From assembly GCA_937941715.1 (NCBI GenBank), contig CALDGX010000049.1, positions 9,949 through 73,948 on the forward strand: a DNA stretch of 64,000 bases, given 5' to 3'. Below are positions 56,460-64,000 of the stretch, piece by piece. The stretch's first letter is position 1. Every line of letters starts with the position of its first letter. Made by a program: the position numbers and the translations under genes. This DNA comes from an uncultured Chloracidobacterium sp. GTDB taxonomy: Bacteria; Acidobacteriota; Blastocatellia; Pyrinomonadales; Pyrinomonadaceae. The notes under the pieces were generated by a model. It had not been told where the DNA came from. It ran no database searches and saw only the letters and a list, made by a program, of their open reading frames with translations.

Positions 56460-57131
56460 ATGACTACCAAAACAGAATCGTTGTCGTTCGAGACGGCCGG
56501 CGGGTCGACCACGGCGTTCGTAGCCATGCCGGAAGGCGAGACTGAGCGTGCGGTGATATTGATCCATGAATGGTGGGGGCTCAATGACCACATCAAGGAC
56601 ATTGCCGAACGATATGCTGCCGAAGGGTTTATAGCGATCGCACCCGATCTGTACCGCGGCGTTATCGCGTCCAATCCCGACGAGGCCTCAAAGATGATGC
56701 ATGGACTCGCGATCGAGGATGGCCTCGACACTATCCGAAACACCATCGGTGCCGCCGGCATCGGATACGGCATCACACATTTTGGCATCTCGGGATATTG
56801 TATGGGCGGGACGTTTGCATTGAGGGCGGCCTGCGAACTTGAGGGCATCAGTGCCGCCGCTCCATTCTATGGCGACATACCCGATGACGACATCCTGCAA
56901 AAACTGAAGACACCGACCATCTTTGTATCCGGCAAGCGCGACGCGTGGATCAATACTGAAAAGATCGCGGCACTTGAGGACGCTGTCGAGCGGTTTGAGC
57001 TGCCGCTGACCTCGGTCAAGTATGACGCTGATCACGCGTTCTTTAACAACACCCGGCCTGAGGTTTATGACGAGACGGCGGCACGTGACGCGTGGGCACT
57101 GGTGACCGGTTTTTTTCGGGACAAACTTTAG
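56460..57131 (+). CDS. Dienelactone hydrolase family protein
   Basis: It contains VILIHEWWGLN, the GYCMGG nucleophile elbow (Cys type), and DHAF near the C-terminus. Its length is 223 aa. Confidence 0.88.
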   Translation: MTTKTESLSFETAGGSTTAFVAMPEGETERAVILIHEWWGLNDHIKDIAERYAAEGFIAIAPDLYRGVIASNPDEASKMMHGLAIEDGLDTIRNTIGAAGIGYGITHFGISGYCMGGTFALRAACELEGISAAAPFYGDIPDDDILQKLKTPTIFVSGKRDAWINTEKIAALEDAVERFELPLTSVKYDADHAFFNNTRPEVYDETAARDAWALVTGFFRDKL

Positions 57132-57160
57132 GAACGCATCGCAGCAGTATTTACCTGGAA

Positions 57161-57197
57161 AGGCCGGCAGCGTGACTTAACACGTGCCGGCCTTTTT
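57161..57197. terminator. Bidirectional rho-independent terminator between convergent genes
   Basis: The stem is aggccggca(g)cgtg / cacgtgccggcct, with aaa before it and ttttt after it. Confidence 0.7.
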
Positions 57198-57215
57198 GAA
57201 GTTCGTCATAAATGG

Positions 57216-58427
57216 TCAACGTTGAATAGCCTGCGAAGGTTCCGGCGGCAACGACGGCATGAATTGGGGCTTAACTCCGGTTTTACGCAACTGTTTCTGC
57301 CGGTACATCTTGGCGTCGGCCGCCTCGATCGTGGCCTCGAGCCGTGAGACGTCTTCAAAATTCTCAAACGCGTGCGAAACGCCGATCGTTAGCGGGTGAT
57401 TGACGCCCTCGATACGTACATTCGTCAGCATTGCTTCCATCCGCGCGACCCTTTCGTAGGCCACATCGGCATCAAGACCGACCATTATCACAAAAAACTC
57501 GTCACCGCCCCAACGGAAGATCAGATCTTCTCCGCGAATGATCTCGCGGATCGCCCGGACGACCGAGCGGATCGCGATGTCGCCGACGGCGTGGCCGTAC
57601 ATATCATTGATGACCTTGAGATTGTCGATATCAAAGAAACCGACACTGCCCGAAGCTTTGTCGTCGCGTGAGCCGTGCCGTTTCAAATACCCGTGAAACG
57701 CATGCCGGTTGAGCGCCGTCGTCAGAGGGTCGATATGAGCAAGTTCCTCGAGCTTTTCGTGCGCTTTGCGGAGCTTTTCATTAGCGATCCGGGCATCCGA
57801 AAGTACGAGCTCGAGCAGGATGATGACCATTCCAAATCCGAGAAGTATCTGGAGCACGAGATCAACGATCGAATTGAACATCAGGTAATCTGACGGAAAT
57901 TCGTAAAACTGCCTGAGCGTAAACACCGCAAAGTACTGGACAAAATCGACGATCAGAAGGCCGAGTGCGACCAACATCACCTTCCAGCCGAATGTACCGA
58001 TCCTGGTCTTCCACAATTCGACGAAAGCGACCGTGAAAAACCCTGACAGAATAAGCGAGTGCAGATTGAAAACGAGGTTAAAGTCGGCCGCCACGAACGG
58101 CAGGCTGAATGCGATAACGATGAACGGGAGAAGCAAGATCTCCTGACGTATCGGCATGTCGCCGCTCTCACCGAGGCTGCGGCAACCTGCGACCAGCAGA
58201 AATCCAAAAATGTACTCCGTTAAAAAATAGAAGCTGAACAATTGGGTCGAATAATCTTCGTAACTGAAGGCGAGACGCAAACAAAACAACGCAAACGACA
58301 AAAAGAGCCACGCATGCGTCCAATGCTTGAGCGCGACCACTTTCAGCGACCGCCGCAGAAACAGCGTCAGTAGCGTGATAAGCGAAACGCCGGCTATTTG
58401 GATGATCAAACCTATCTTCGAGTCCAT
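57216..58427 (-). CDS. Diguanylate cyclase (GGDEF) with about 7-TM N-terminal sensor
   Basis: Seven hydrophobic helices and a coiled coil precede the segment DPLTTALNRHAF, DIDNLKVINDMYGH and RWGGDEFF. The ATG is at 58427, and the track start at 58460 is TTG. Confidence 0.88.
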   Translation of the reverse strand: MDSKIGLIIQIAGVSLITLLTLFLRRSLKVVALKHWTHAWLFLSFALFCLRLAFSYEDYSTQLFSFYFLTEYIFGFLLVAGCRSLGESGDMPIRQEILLLPFIVIAFSLPFVAADFNLVFNLHSLILSGFFTVAFVELWKTRIGTFGWKVMLVALGLLIVDFVQYFAVFTLRQFYEFPSDYLMFNSIVDLVLQILLGFGMVIILLELVLSDARIANEKLRKAHEKLEELAHIDPLTTALNRHAFHGYLKRHGSRDDKASGSVGFFDIDNLKVINDMYGHAVGDIAIRSVVRAIREIIRGEDLIFRWGGDEFFVIMVGLDADVAYERVARMEAMLTNVRIEGVNHPLTIGVSHAFENFEDVSRLEATIEAADAKMYRQKQLRKTGVKPQFMPSLPPEPSQAIQR

Positions 58428-58542
58428 ATTGGTCAGGCGGGAATCAGGCGAAAAATGCAATGTGGCGAGAAGGGTTGGGAGCCCGGAAATTGCGGGATAT
58501 GAGATCCCGCATTACGAGTGTAGTATAAACATTGTTTAATGT

Positions 58543-59484
58543 CTAGATATTTTTTTGGAGGAACTCGGCAAGCTCCTCCGCCCGCGGCAGTGCGGTACGG
58601 GCCCCGAGCGATCGGCATTTGAGGGCGGCGACGGCGTTTGCCATTCGGGCGCTTTCCTCGACCGCCTCACCCGTCAGCAGGCCATACAGCAAGCCGACCC
58701 GAAATGCGTCGCCGGCTCCGGTCGTGTCCTGACATCCCCCGGGCACAGCAAATCCGCCGGTTTCGACAAAAGTATCTCCGCAGCGCAGCAGCGAGCCGGC
58801 GGCCCCGAGCGTCACTCCTGCAATGCCGCATCCGAAACGCGACTGCATCTCAGTGATGGCGAGACGCGGATCACTAATACCGAGAAAGCGCTCGGGAAAC
58901 TCGGCCGACGAGATCAGTATGTCAACATTGCTGAGAACATCCTCGACACCGTCAAATACGTTGTCGATATCGATCGACACGATAGTACCGGCGGAACGTG
59001 CGGATTTGGCCATACGCAGACATGCTCCGGTATCGTGAGGTGTAAAATGCAGCACTTTAGCCATCGCGGACGCATCGGCCGGGGCTTCATCTGCGGCGTA
59101 GCCGAGGCGACCGTCCCTCTGCCATATTACGGTACGTTCGCCCGTCCGCTCGTCGATGATAATAAAGGCGATCTGTGTCCTTGCACCGGCGATGCGTTCG
59201 GCAAAGCGCATATCCACGCCTTCGTCGGCCAGCGACGCCCAGCCGATCGCTCCCGCATCGTCGTCGCCAAAGCGCCCCGCGTACGCGGTCGCGAGGCCCA
59301 GCCGGGTCAGGCCGGCCATCGTCGTCGCGACCTCGCCGCCGGCCGCCCGGACGTAATTCGTGAGTTCGACCTTCGAATCATATGCCGGATAATGCGGGAC
59401 TTCGATCAGAAAATCTACGGCGTTTGTGCCGAACCCGATGCAATCAAATCGGGCGTCGGATCGCAGTTCGAATGGAAACTTCAT
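58543..59484 (-). CDS. PfkB-family carbohydrate/nucleoside kinase
   Basis: It contains GFGTNAVDF, AAGGEVATT and DTTGAGDAF (the PfkB signature 2). Confidence 0.85.
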   Translation of the reverse strand: MKFPFELRSDARFDCIGFGTNAVDFLIEVPHYPAYDSKVELTNYVRAAGGEVATTMAGLTRLGLATAYAGRFGDDDAGAIGWASLADEGVDMRFAERIAGARTQIAFIIIDERTGERTVIWQRDGRLGYAADEAPADASAMAKVLHFTPHDTGACLRMAKSARSAGTIVSIDIDNVFDGVEDVLSNVDILISSAEFPERFLGISDPRLAITEMQSRFGCGIAGVTLGAAGSLLRCGDTFVETGGFAVPGGCQDTTGAGDAFRVGLLYGLLTGEAVEESARMANAVAALKCRSLGARTALPRAEELAEFLQKNI

Positions 59485-59649
59485 GGTTGACGGTCACCCG
59501 ATGCCGGCCGCTGTCGGGCCGCGGGATTTTCCCCTTTTAATTCTTGCCAAGTTTATACCTGACAGGATAGATTTATTAAAGGATATCAACTAAGTCTGAT
59601 ATTCGACCATTGTTCCACTTAAACTATTTACTTCCCGGAGATTATCAAG

Positions 59650-59862
59650 ATGCCTACATCAAACTGTCCAGAATGCAGCGAGGACGTTTACGTTGACGCC
59701 GACTCGGAACAGGGTGACGTCGTTTCGTGTGACGAGTGCGGTGCCAAACTGGTCGTGGTCGGGTTGGACCCCATTGAACTTGACCTCCAGACCGAGGATG
59801 ACGATGATCTGGGTCAGTCCGACGATTTTTCGGAATACGGTTACGACGACGATCATTATTGA
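59650..59862 (+). CDS. LysW-like zinc-ribbon amino-group carrier-type protein with extended acidic tail
   Basis: CPEC....(17)....CDECGAKLVVVGLDPIEL matches the LysW/ArgW fold motif. The tail is QTEDDDDLGQSDDFSEYGYDDDHY. A GGAG sequence lies 10 nt before the ATG. Confidence 0.7.
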   Translation: MPTSNCPECSEDVYVDADSEQGDVVSCDECGAKLVVVGLDPIELDLQTEDDDDLGQSDDFSEYGYDDDHY

Positions 59863-60112
59863 TCAGCGGCTGGCAGATCAGCACGCACCTCGAGTCGGTC
59901 ACAATGACCGACTAAACGATCAGCTCTCGGTCATTTCGAACGGCGATGTGACCTTCCCACACCCTCACTCTTTGCCCCAAACCCAATAGGTTAGGCGTCT
60001 CCGCGAGAGTTTCGGCATTGGCACGGAACTTGAATAAGCAGTTGCGGAGGTGTGTCGGCCGCTTGCCACAGTTGCGGACGATACTTACAACAGCTTGGTT
60101 ACCCTCCTTTTC

Positions 60113-60150
60113 GGCGGCCGCTGAAAAGCGATCTGCCCGCAGCGGCCGCC
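60113..60150 (+). promoter_or_regulatory. GC-rich leader hairpin 11 nt upstream of the HD-GYP/GGDEF gene start
   Basis: An 11-bp perfect stem (ggcggccgctg / cagcggccgcc) has a 16-nt loop. A 10-nt direct repeat, cagttgcgga, occurs at 60039 and 60069, just upstream. Confidence 0.3.
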
Positions 60151-60161
60151 AAAGAAACGTA

Positions 60162-62708
60162 ATGAGATTCTCCGACCTGAAGAAACTGGATCCGCTGCCG
60201 AGAGCCATGTGGCTTGTCACGGTAACGCTCGCGGTTGCCGCGGCGGCGGCGGCGGTCTATTACGTTTCGCATTATCGTGGACAGAGGCTCGTGGTCTTGC
60301 TGGCCGCGATCTTCGTCGCCACGATCGTCTCAAAGTACGAGTTGAGGCTGCCAAGATCGTCTGTCGAGATCGCAGTGGGTGACATTATTGTGATCTGGGG
60401 CGTTTTTTGGCTTGGGGTAAGCGGCGGCGTTCTGCTCGGCGCCGCCGCTTCTATTGCAAAGGCCGGGCGTGACGGCAAATTTACGCTGAAGGGCAAACTT
60501 GCGGCGGCCTGCGGCACGCTTGCGGCCGGTGCGGCCGGGCTATCGTACCATTTCATCTACGGCCTCGACCTCTATCGCGAAGAACACCTTTATACCGTCG
60601 GTAATCAGGACACGATCATTGTCGGCGCGATATTGATGGCTCTGGTGATCGCGATCGCACGTTTCGCTTTCGAACCACTGACGGCATTTGCCGACAGGAA
60701 TGGCAGCCGCCGCGCGAATATTGATAACCGCATCGAGAAACGGGCGATCGAGGTCATCCCGGTATTTGTGTTTTCGGTCACACTGGTTGGACTTTTCTCA
60801 TATTTTGGCCTGGCATTCGGCTTTGTCGTGCTGCCGTGTTCGATCCTGGCGGTGCTGTCCTACCGCGTTCACCTCAGCAGTCTGGCCGTCAAGACGTCGC
60901 AAATAATGGAAGCAAGCCGCGTCCAGTTGGCGACGGTCGAGGCACTGGCGACGGCGATCGACGCACGCGACCAGATCGGGAGCGGGCACGTCCGGCGCAC
61001 GCAGATCTACGCGGTCGGGCTCGGAACCGCGATGGGCCTGAGCGCAGGTGAGATAAACGCCCTGCGGTCCGGCGCACTGCTCCATGACATCGGCAAATTG
61101 GCGGTGCCCGATCATATTCTGAGCAAACCCGGCCCGCTGACCGCCGCAGAACTCGAAAAGACCAAGGTCCATTCGGTCGTCGGCGCGTCGATCCTCGAGA
61201 AGGTAGGCTTTAACTATCCCGTCGTGCCGGCCGTACGCCATCACCATGAGTGCTGGGACGGTACCGGCTACCCTGATGGACTGGCCGGAGAAGAGATCCC
61301 TAAGACCGCCCGCATTCTGGCAGTTGCCGACACATATGACACGCTTCGCAGCGATCGGCCATTTCGACCGGCAAAATCGGTCGAGGAAGCCCGCGAGGTG
61401 CTTCAGGAGGGAGCCGGTACACAATTCGATCCGAACATAGTAAGCGTGTTCCTCAAACGGCTTGCCGGTCTTGAGGCCCAGGTAGAGGCACAGGGACTCG
61501 GGTACACCGATCGGTCGAGCCTGACGGAAGAGGCCGGTTCGGTTGAGGCCGAGGACTATATCGAACAGATCAAACTTGCCAATAAGGAGGTGTTCACGCT
61601 GTACGAGTTGGCCCGCGAATTTGGCTCTTCGGCAAATCTGGACGAGATGCTCGCACTGTTTTCGAACCACGTCCGTCGCCTTGTGCCGTTTGATACCTGT
61701 GTCATTTACCTACTCGACTCGTCAAAGCGATCGGCCACGGCGGCTCACGTTTCCGGCGATAATTCCGAGATCCTGGCCGAACGGCATATCAAGGTGGGCA
61801 AGGGTGCGACCGGCATTGCTTTGAAACGCCGCCAGATGGTCAAGAATGTAAATCCGGATCTCGATTTCTCGCTCTCGCACCTTGAGCTTATCCAGCAGTA
61901 TTCGACGATGGCGGCTCTGCCGCTGATAGCCGATGACGAGATCATCGGTGCAGTTTCGATCTATTCGAACGACCTGCCCGAATACGACGAGGAGCATCTG
62001 CGGCTGCTCGAAACGGTTTCGCGTATTGCCGCCGAGGCGATCGGTAAGACCCAGGAACACGCCGAGGCCAAGGCGAATGCTCTCACGGACCCGATGACCG
62101 GCCTGCCCAACGCCCGCAGTCTTCAGTTCCAGTTTGAAAAAGAGCTCGGCCGGGCAAGCCGTACTGGAAACACATTTCAGGTCCTCGTCATGGACCTTGA
62201 CGGGTTTAAGGCCGTTAATGACAACTTTGGCCATATTGCCGGTGATGAAATGCTCCGTGAGGTCGGTACCGTTATCCAGGCACAACTTCGTGACTACGAC
62301 TTTTTGGCACGATACGGCGGCGACGAGTTTGTCGCTCTTATCCCCGACGCGGAATATGGCGACGTTTCTGACCTTTGCAGCCGCATCGAGTCGGCCGTTA
62401 GCTCGTTCAAGCTGCCGGTCGGCGATGGCAAGTTCGCATCGGTCGGCGTCAGTCTCGGCTCGGCGGGCTATCCGGCGACCGGCGTGACATTTGACGAGTT
62501 GATCATTGCCGCAGACAAGGCGATGTACCTGCAAAAATCGGCCCGCAAACGTGAAGACCATGATCTGATCCGGCAACAACCCGCTACACTGTCTGATGTG
62601 CTTGAGACCGAACCTGTCAGCCGCAGCCCGCTGCTGGACACGCCGTCGAACGAGCACTTCATCATCGAGCTCGATGAGTCACACGTGATCTCGTCCGCGA
62701 TCAACTGA
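60162..62708 (+). CDS. Membrane-bound HD-GYP phosphodiesterase + GAF + GGDEF diguanylate cyclase multidomain protein
   Basis: It has about 6 TM helices. The HD-GYP domain contains LLHDIGKLAVPD and HHHECWDGTGYPDGL, a GAF-like region follows, and the GGDEF domain contains DLDGFKAVNDNFGH and RYGGDEFV. ATG 60162 is preferred over the TTG at 60018. Confidence 0.88.
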   Translation: MRFSDLKKLDPLPRAMWLVTVTLAVAAAAAAVYYVSHYRGQRLVVLLAAIFVATIVSKYELRLPRSSVEIAVGDIIVIWGVFWLGVSGGVLLGAAASIAKAGRDGKFTLKGKLAAACGTLAAGAAGLSYHFIYGLDLYREEHLYTVGNQDTIIVGAILMALVIAIARFAFEPLTAFADRNGSRRANIDNRIEKRAIEVIPVFVFSVTLVGLFSYFGLAFGFVVLPCSILAVLSYRVHLSSLAVKTSQIMEASRVQLATVEALATAIDARDQIGSGHVRRTQIYAVGLGTAMGLSAGEINALRSGALLHDIGKLAVPDHILSKPGPLTAAELEKTKVHSVVGASILEKVGFNYPVVPAVRHHHECWDGTGYPDGLAGEEIPKTARILAVADTYDTLRSDRPFRPAKSVEEAREVLQEGAGTQFDPNIVSVFLKRLAGLEAQVEAQGLGYTDRSSLTEEAGSVEAEDYIEQIKLANKEVFTLYELAREFGSSANLDEMLALFSNHVRRLVPFDTCVIYLLDSSKRSATAAHVSGDNSEILAERHIKVGKGATGIALKRRQMVKNVNPDLDFSLSHLELIQQYSTMAALPLIADDEIIGAVSIYSNDLPEYDEEHLRLLETVSRIAAEAIGKTQEHAEAKANALTDPMTGLPNARSLQFQFEKELGRASRTGNTFQVLVMDLDGFKAVNDNFGHIAGDEMLREVGTVIQAQLRDYDFLARYGGDEFVALIPDAEYGDVSDLCSRIESAVSSFKLPVGDGKFASVGVSLGSAGYPATGVTFDELIIAADKAMYLQKSARKREDHDLIRQQPATLSDVLETEPVSRSPLLDTPSNEHFIIELDESHVISSAIN

Positions 62709-62715
62709 GACCCTT

Positions 62716-64000
62716 TTAGAAAGCTTGTGAAAATCGAAAATGTATCTGATCCTGACGCAATTGGTAAATTGCGTTGGGACCGGCTGTTTGCGGTATGAGG
62801 AATCGTGGCGGATTAAGCAACCGGCCGTAGTCCACCGCAAATTCGCCGCCCACGGGTGTTTTGAGCCGGAGGCCGATCCCGGCCGTGTGGGTCCACAGCG
62901 CCCGAAGGTTTTGACGAAAAACGTCATTGGCCGGAACATCGGGCGGATTAAAAATATCACCGATGCGTCGAAAGACATTGCCGCCGTCATAAAACGGTAC
63001 GAACCTGATCGATCTGGATACGGGAACGCGGGCCTCGAGATTTATGACCGCCATCGCATTACCGCCAAATGGTACGGTGAACGGCGTTAAATATACGCTG
63101 TTTCCGGCCGAGTTCAGAAACGTCCCCTGTGGAACGATCACGACACGCGGTCCCGCCTCTTCGAAATCGAACCCGCGCAAAGTATTCGCCCCGCCGGCAA
63201 AGAAACGTTCGCTGACCGGCAGGATATTGTTCAGGTCGGGGAACTGTGCATTGTTAAATCGGTTAGTAGCCGAGAAAACGGTCGCCAGCCCAAGGATAGC
63301 CCGGCCCGCGATCGTTGTGTTCTTTAACTGTGGAAAAGTGTAATAAAAATTATAGCTCGCCTGAAATTTCTGAAATCCGATATTCGCGCCCAACTGCGGT
63401 ATCGAGACATTGTACTCGGCAGTTATGTAGCTTCCGCGGGTCGGGTCGCTGGCGTTGTACCGGCACCTGTCGCCGGGCTCACCTTTTGCTATCAGCTCCA
63501 GCAGGCTGGACCTGACTGAACAATTTTCGCGAGTGTCGCGAACGTACGTAAATCCAAATCCGGAAATTCGAACACGTGCGTCAGGCGTCAAGAGATCCTT
63601 GATCAACAGGCTCTCAATATTGGACAGACGAACGTCCTCAAAACGGTATCTGCCGAAGATTATGCTGCGCTTTTTGCGGCTCAGCGTTCGGCTCGTCTCA
63701 GCCGAGACCGAGAGGCGATTGATCGTAGGGCTGCCCGTCGGATTTCCAAACGTATCGATCGGAGTACCATTGGCGTCGACCCGTTGAACAACGCCAAATG
63801 TGCCTTTATCAAACGCCGATCTGAAAAACCGGGTAACGGTCGAATCGCGTTGGTACTGGGCAGAAAAGGTCAGCGGAGCGAACCTTCCCTCACCGTCGCC
63901 CAAAAAGCGAGGATTGATAAAATCGAATTGCACTAATTGTTGACGCTGACTCCAACGCATACGGGCGCCGCCCTGCCAGAGATTGCCCAGGAGGTTGACA
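62716..64000 (-). CDS. bamA: Outer-membrane protein assembly factor BamA, C-terminal beta-barrel (5' part outside window)
   Basis: It has an Omp85/surface-antigen barrel with FFAGGANTLRGF, and it ends in ...IHFRFSQAF. The frame stays open to the window edge. Confidence 0.8.
   Translation of the reverse strand, partial: VNLLGNLWQGGARMRWSQRQQLVQFDFINPRFLGDGEGRFAPLTFSAQYQRDSTVTRFFRSAFDKGTFGVVQRVDANGTPIDTFGNPTGSPTINRLSVSAETSRTLSRKKRSIIFGRYRFEDVRLSNIESLLIKDLLTPDARVRISGFGFTYVRDTRENCSVRSSLLELIAKGEPGDRCRYNASDPTRGSYITAEYNVSIPQLGANIGFQKFQASYNFYYTFPQLKNTTIAGRAILGLATVFSATNRFNNAQFPDLNNILPVSERFFAGGANTLRGFDFEEAGPRVVIVPQGTFLNSAGNSVYLTPFTVPFGGNAMAVINLEARVPVSRSIRFVPFYDGGNVFRRIGDIFNPPDVPANDVFRQNLRALWTHTAGIGLRLKTPVGGEFAVDYGRLLNPPRFLIPQTAGPNAIYQLRQDQIHFRFSQAF

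Noticed and set aside
58555-59490. A 311-aa ORF on the plus strand that fully overlaps the PfkB kinase gene.
   Set aside because: The minus-strand product has clear PfkB signatures (DTTGAGDAF). The plus-strand product is Arg/Gly/Pro-rich with no motif, which is typical of a shadow ORF in GC-rich coding DNA.
59863-60161. A possible c-di-GMP (GEMM) riboswitch in the 300-nt leader of the c-di-GMP enzyme gene.
   Set aside because: I could not find the conserved GEMM-I or GEMM-II core elements by eye. Only a generic hairpin and a direct repeat are present, and these are reported as an unclassified leader instead.
60798-62657. Two long minus-strand ORFs (290 and 311 aa) antisense to the HD-GYP/GAF/GGDEF gene.
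   Set aside because: The plus-strand protein carries unambiguous HD-GYP and GGDEF motifs. The antisense translations are low complexity and Arg-rich.
1-64000. I searched the window for tRNA, rRNA, tmRNA, CRISPR arrays, IS elements, integrases and prophage genes.
   Set aside because: No spaced direct-repeat array, cloverleaf-like sequence in any intergenic region over 80 nt, transposase or integrase motif, or long terminal inverted repeat was found. This was a by-eye search, so small ncRNAs cannot be excluded.

Overview
The window is 64 kb of densely packed (about 90% coding) bacterial chromosome. The gene content suggests Acidobacteriota: Ser/Thr kinase-TolB propeller fusions, CarboxypepD_reg-type TonB receptors, large BNR/VPS10 proteins and BlaR1-tail-like repeats. 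That taxonomic call is inference only. I call about 59 protein genes, most of them housekeeping: purL, aspS, serC, selA, truA, pyrE, queF, uppS, cdsA, hemW, kynA, carD, cspA-like and the bamA 3' part. The remainder are three two-component systems or signalling modules, two c-di-GMP enzymes, and several secreted or membrane proteins of unknown function. I found no rRNA, tRNA, CRISPR array, transposase, integrase or phage gene. Many ORF-track starts use alternative codons and look over-extended, so I re-placed starts where an ATG, signal peptide or stop/start overlap supported it. I see no clear-cut novel system such as a defence island. The best candidates for a second look are: (1) a chain of stop/start-fused genes, pyrE, ATP-grasp, ASCH, truA and DUF952, that may form an uncharacterised RNA-modification cassette; (2) an orphan LysW-like zinc-ribbon carrier protein with a non-canonical acidic tail ending in Tyr; (3) a lower-GC stretch (about 49.9-56.4 kb) carrying a small Cys-containing secreted peptide, a 4-TM protein, a MerC-like/TonB-receptor pair and an M48 peptidase, with a decayed dienelactone-hydrolase copy and a look-alike terminator inside it; (4) selA, which implies selenocysteine use, with its 3' end overlapping serC. 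All coordinates of hairpins and motifs were hand-indexed and may be off by 1-2 nt.
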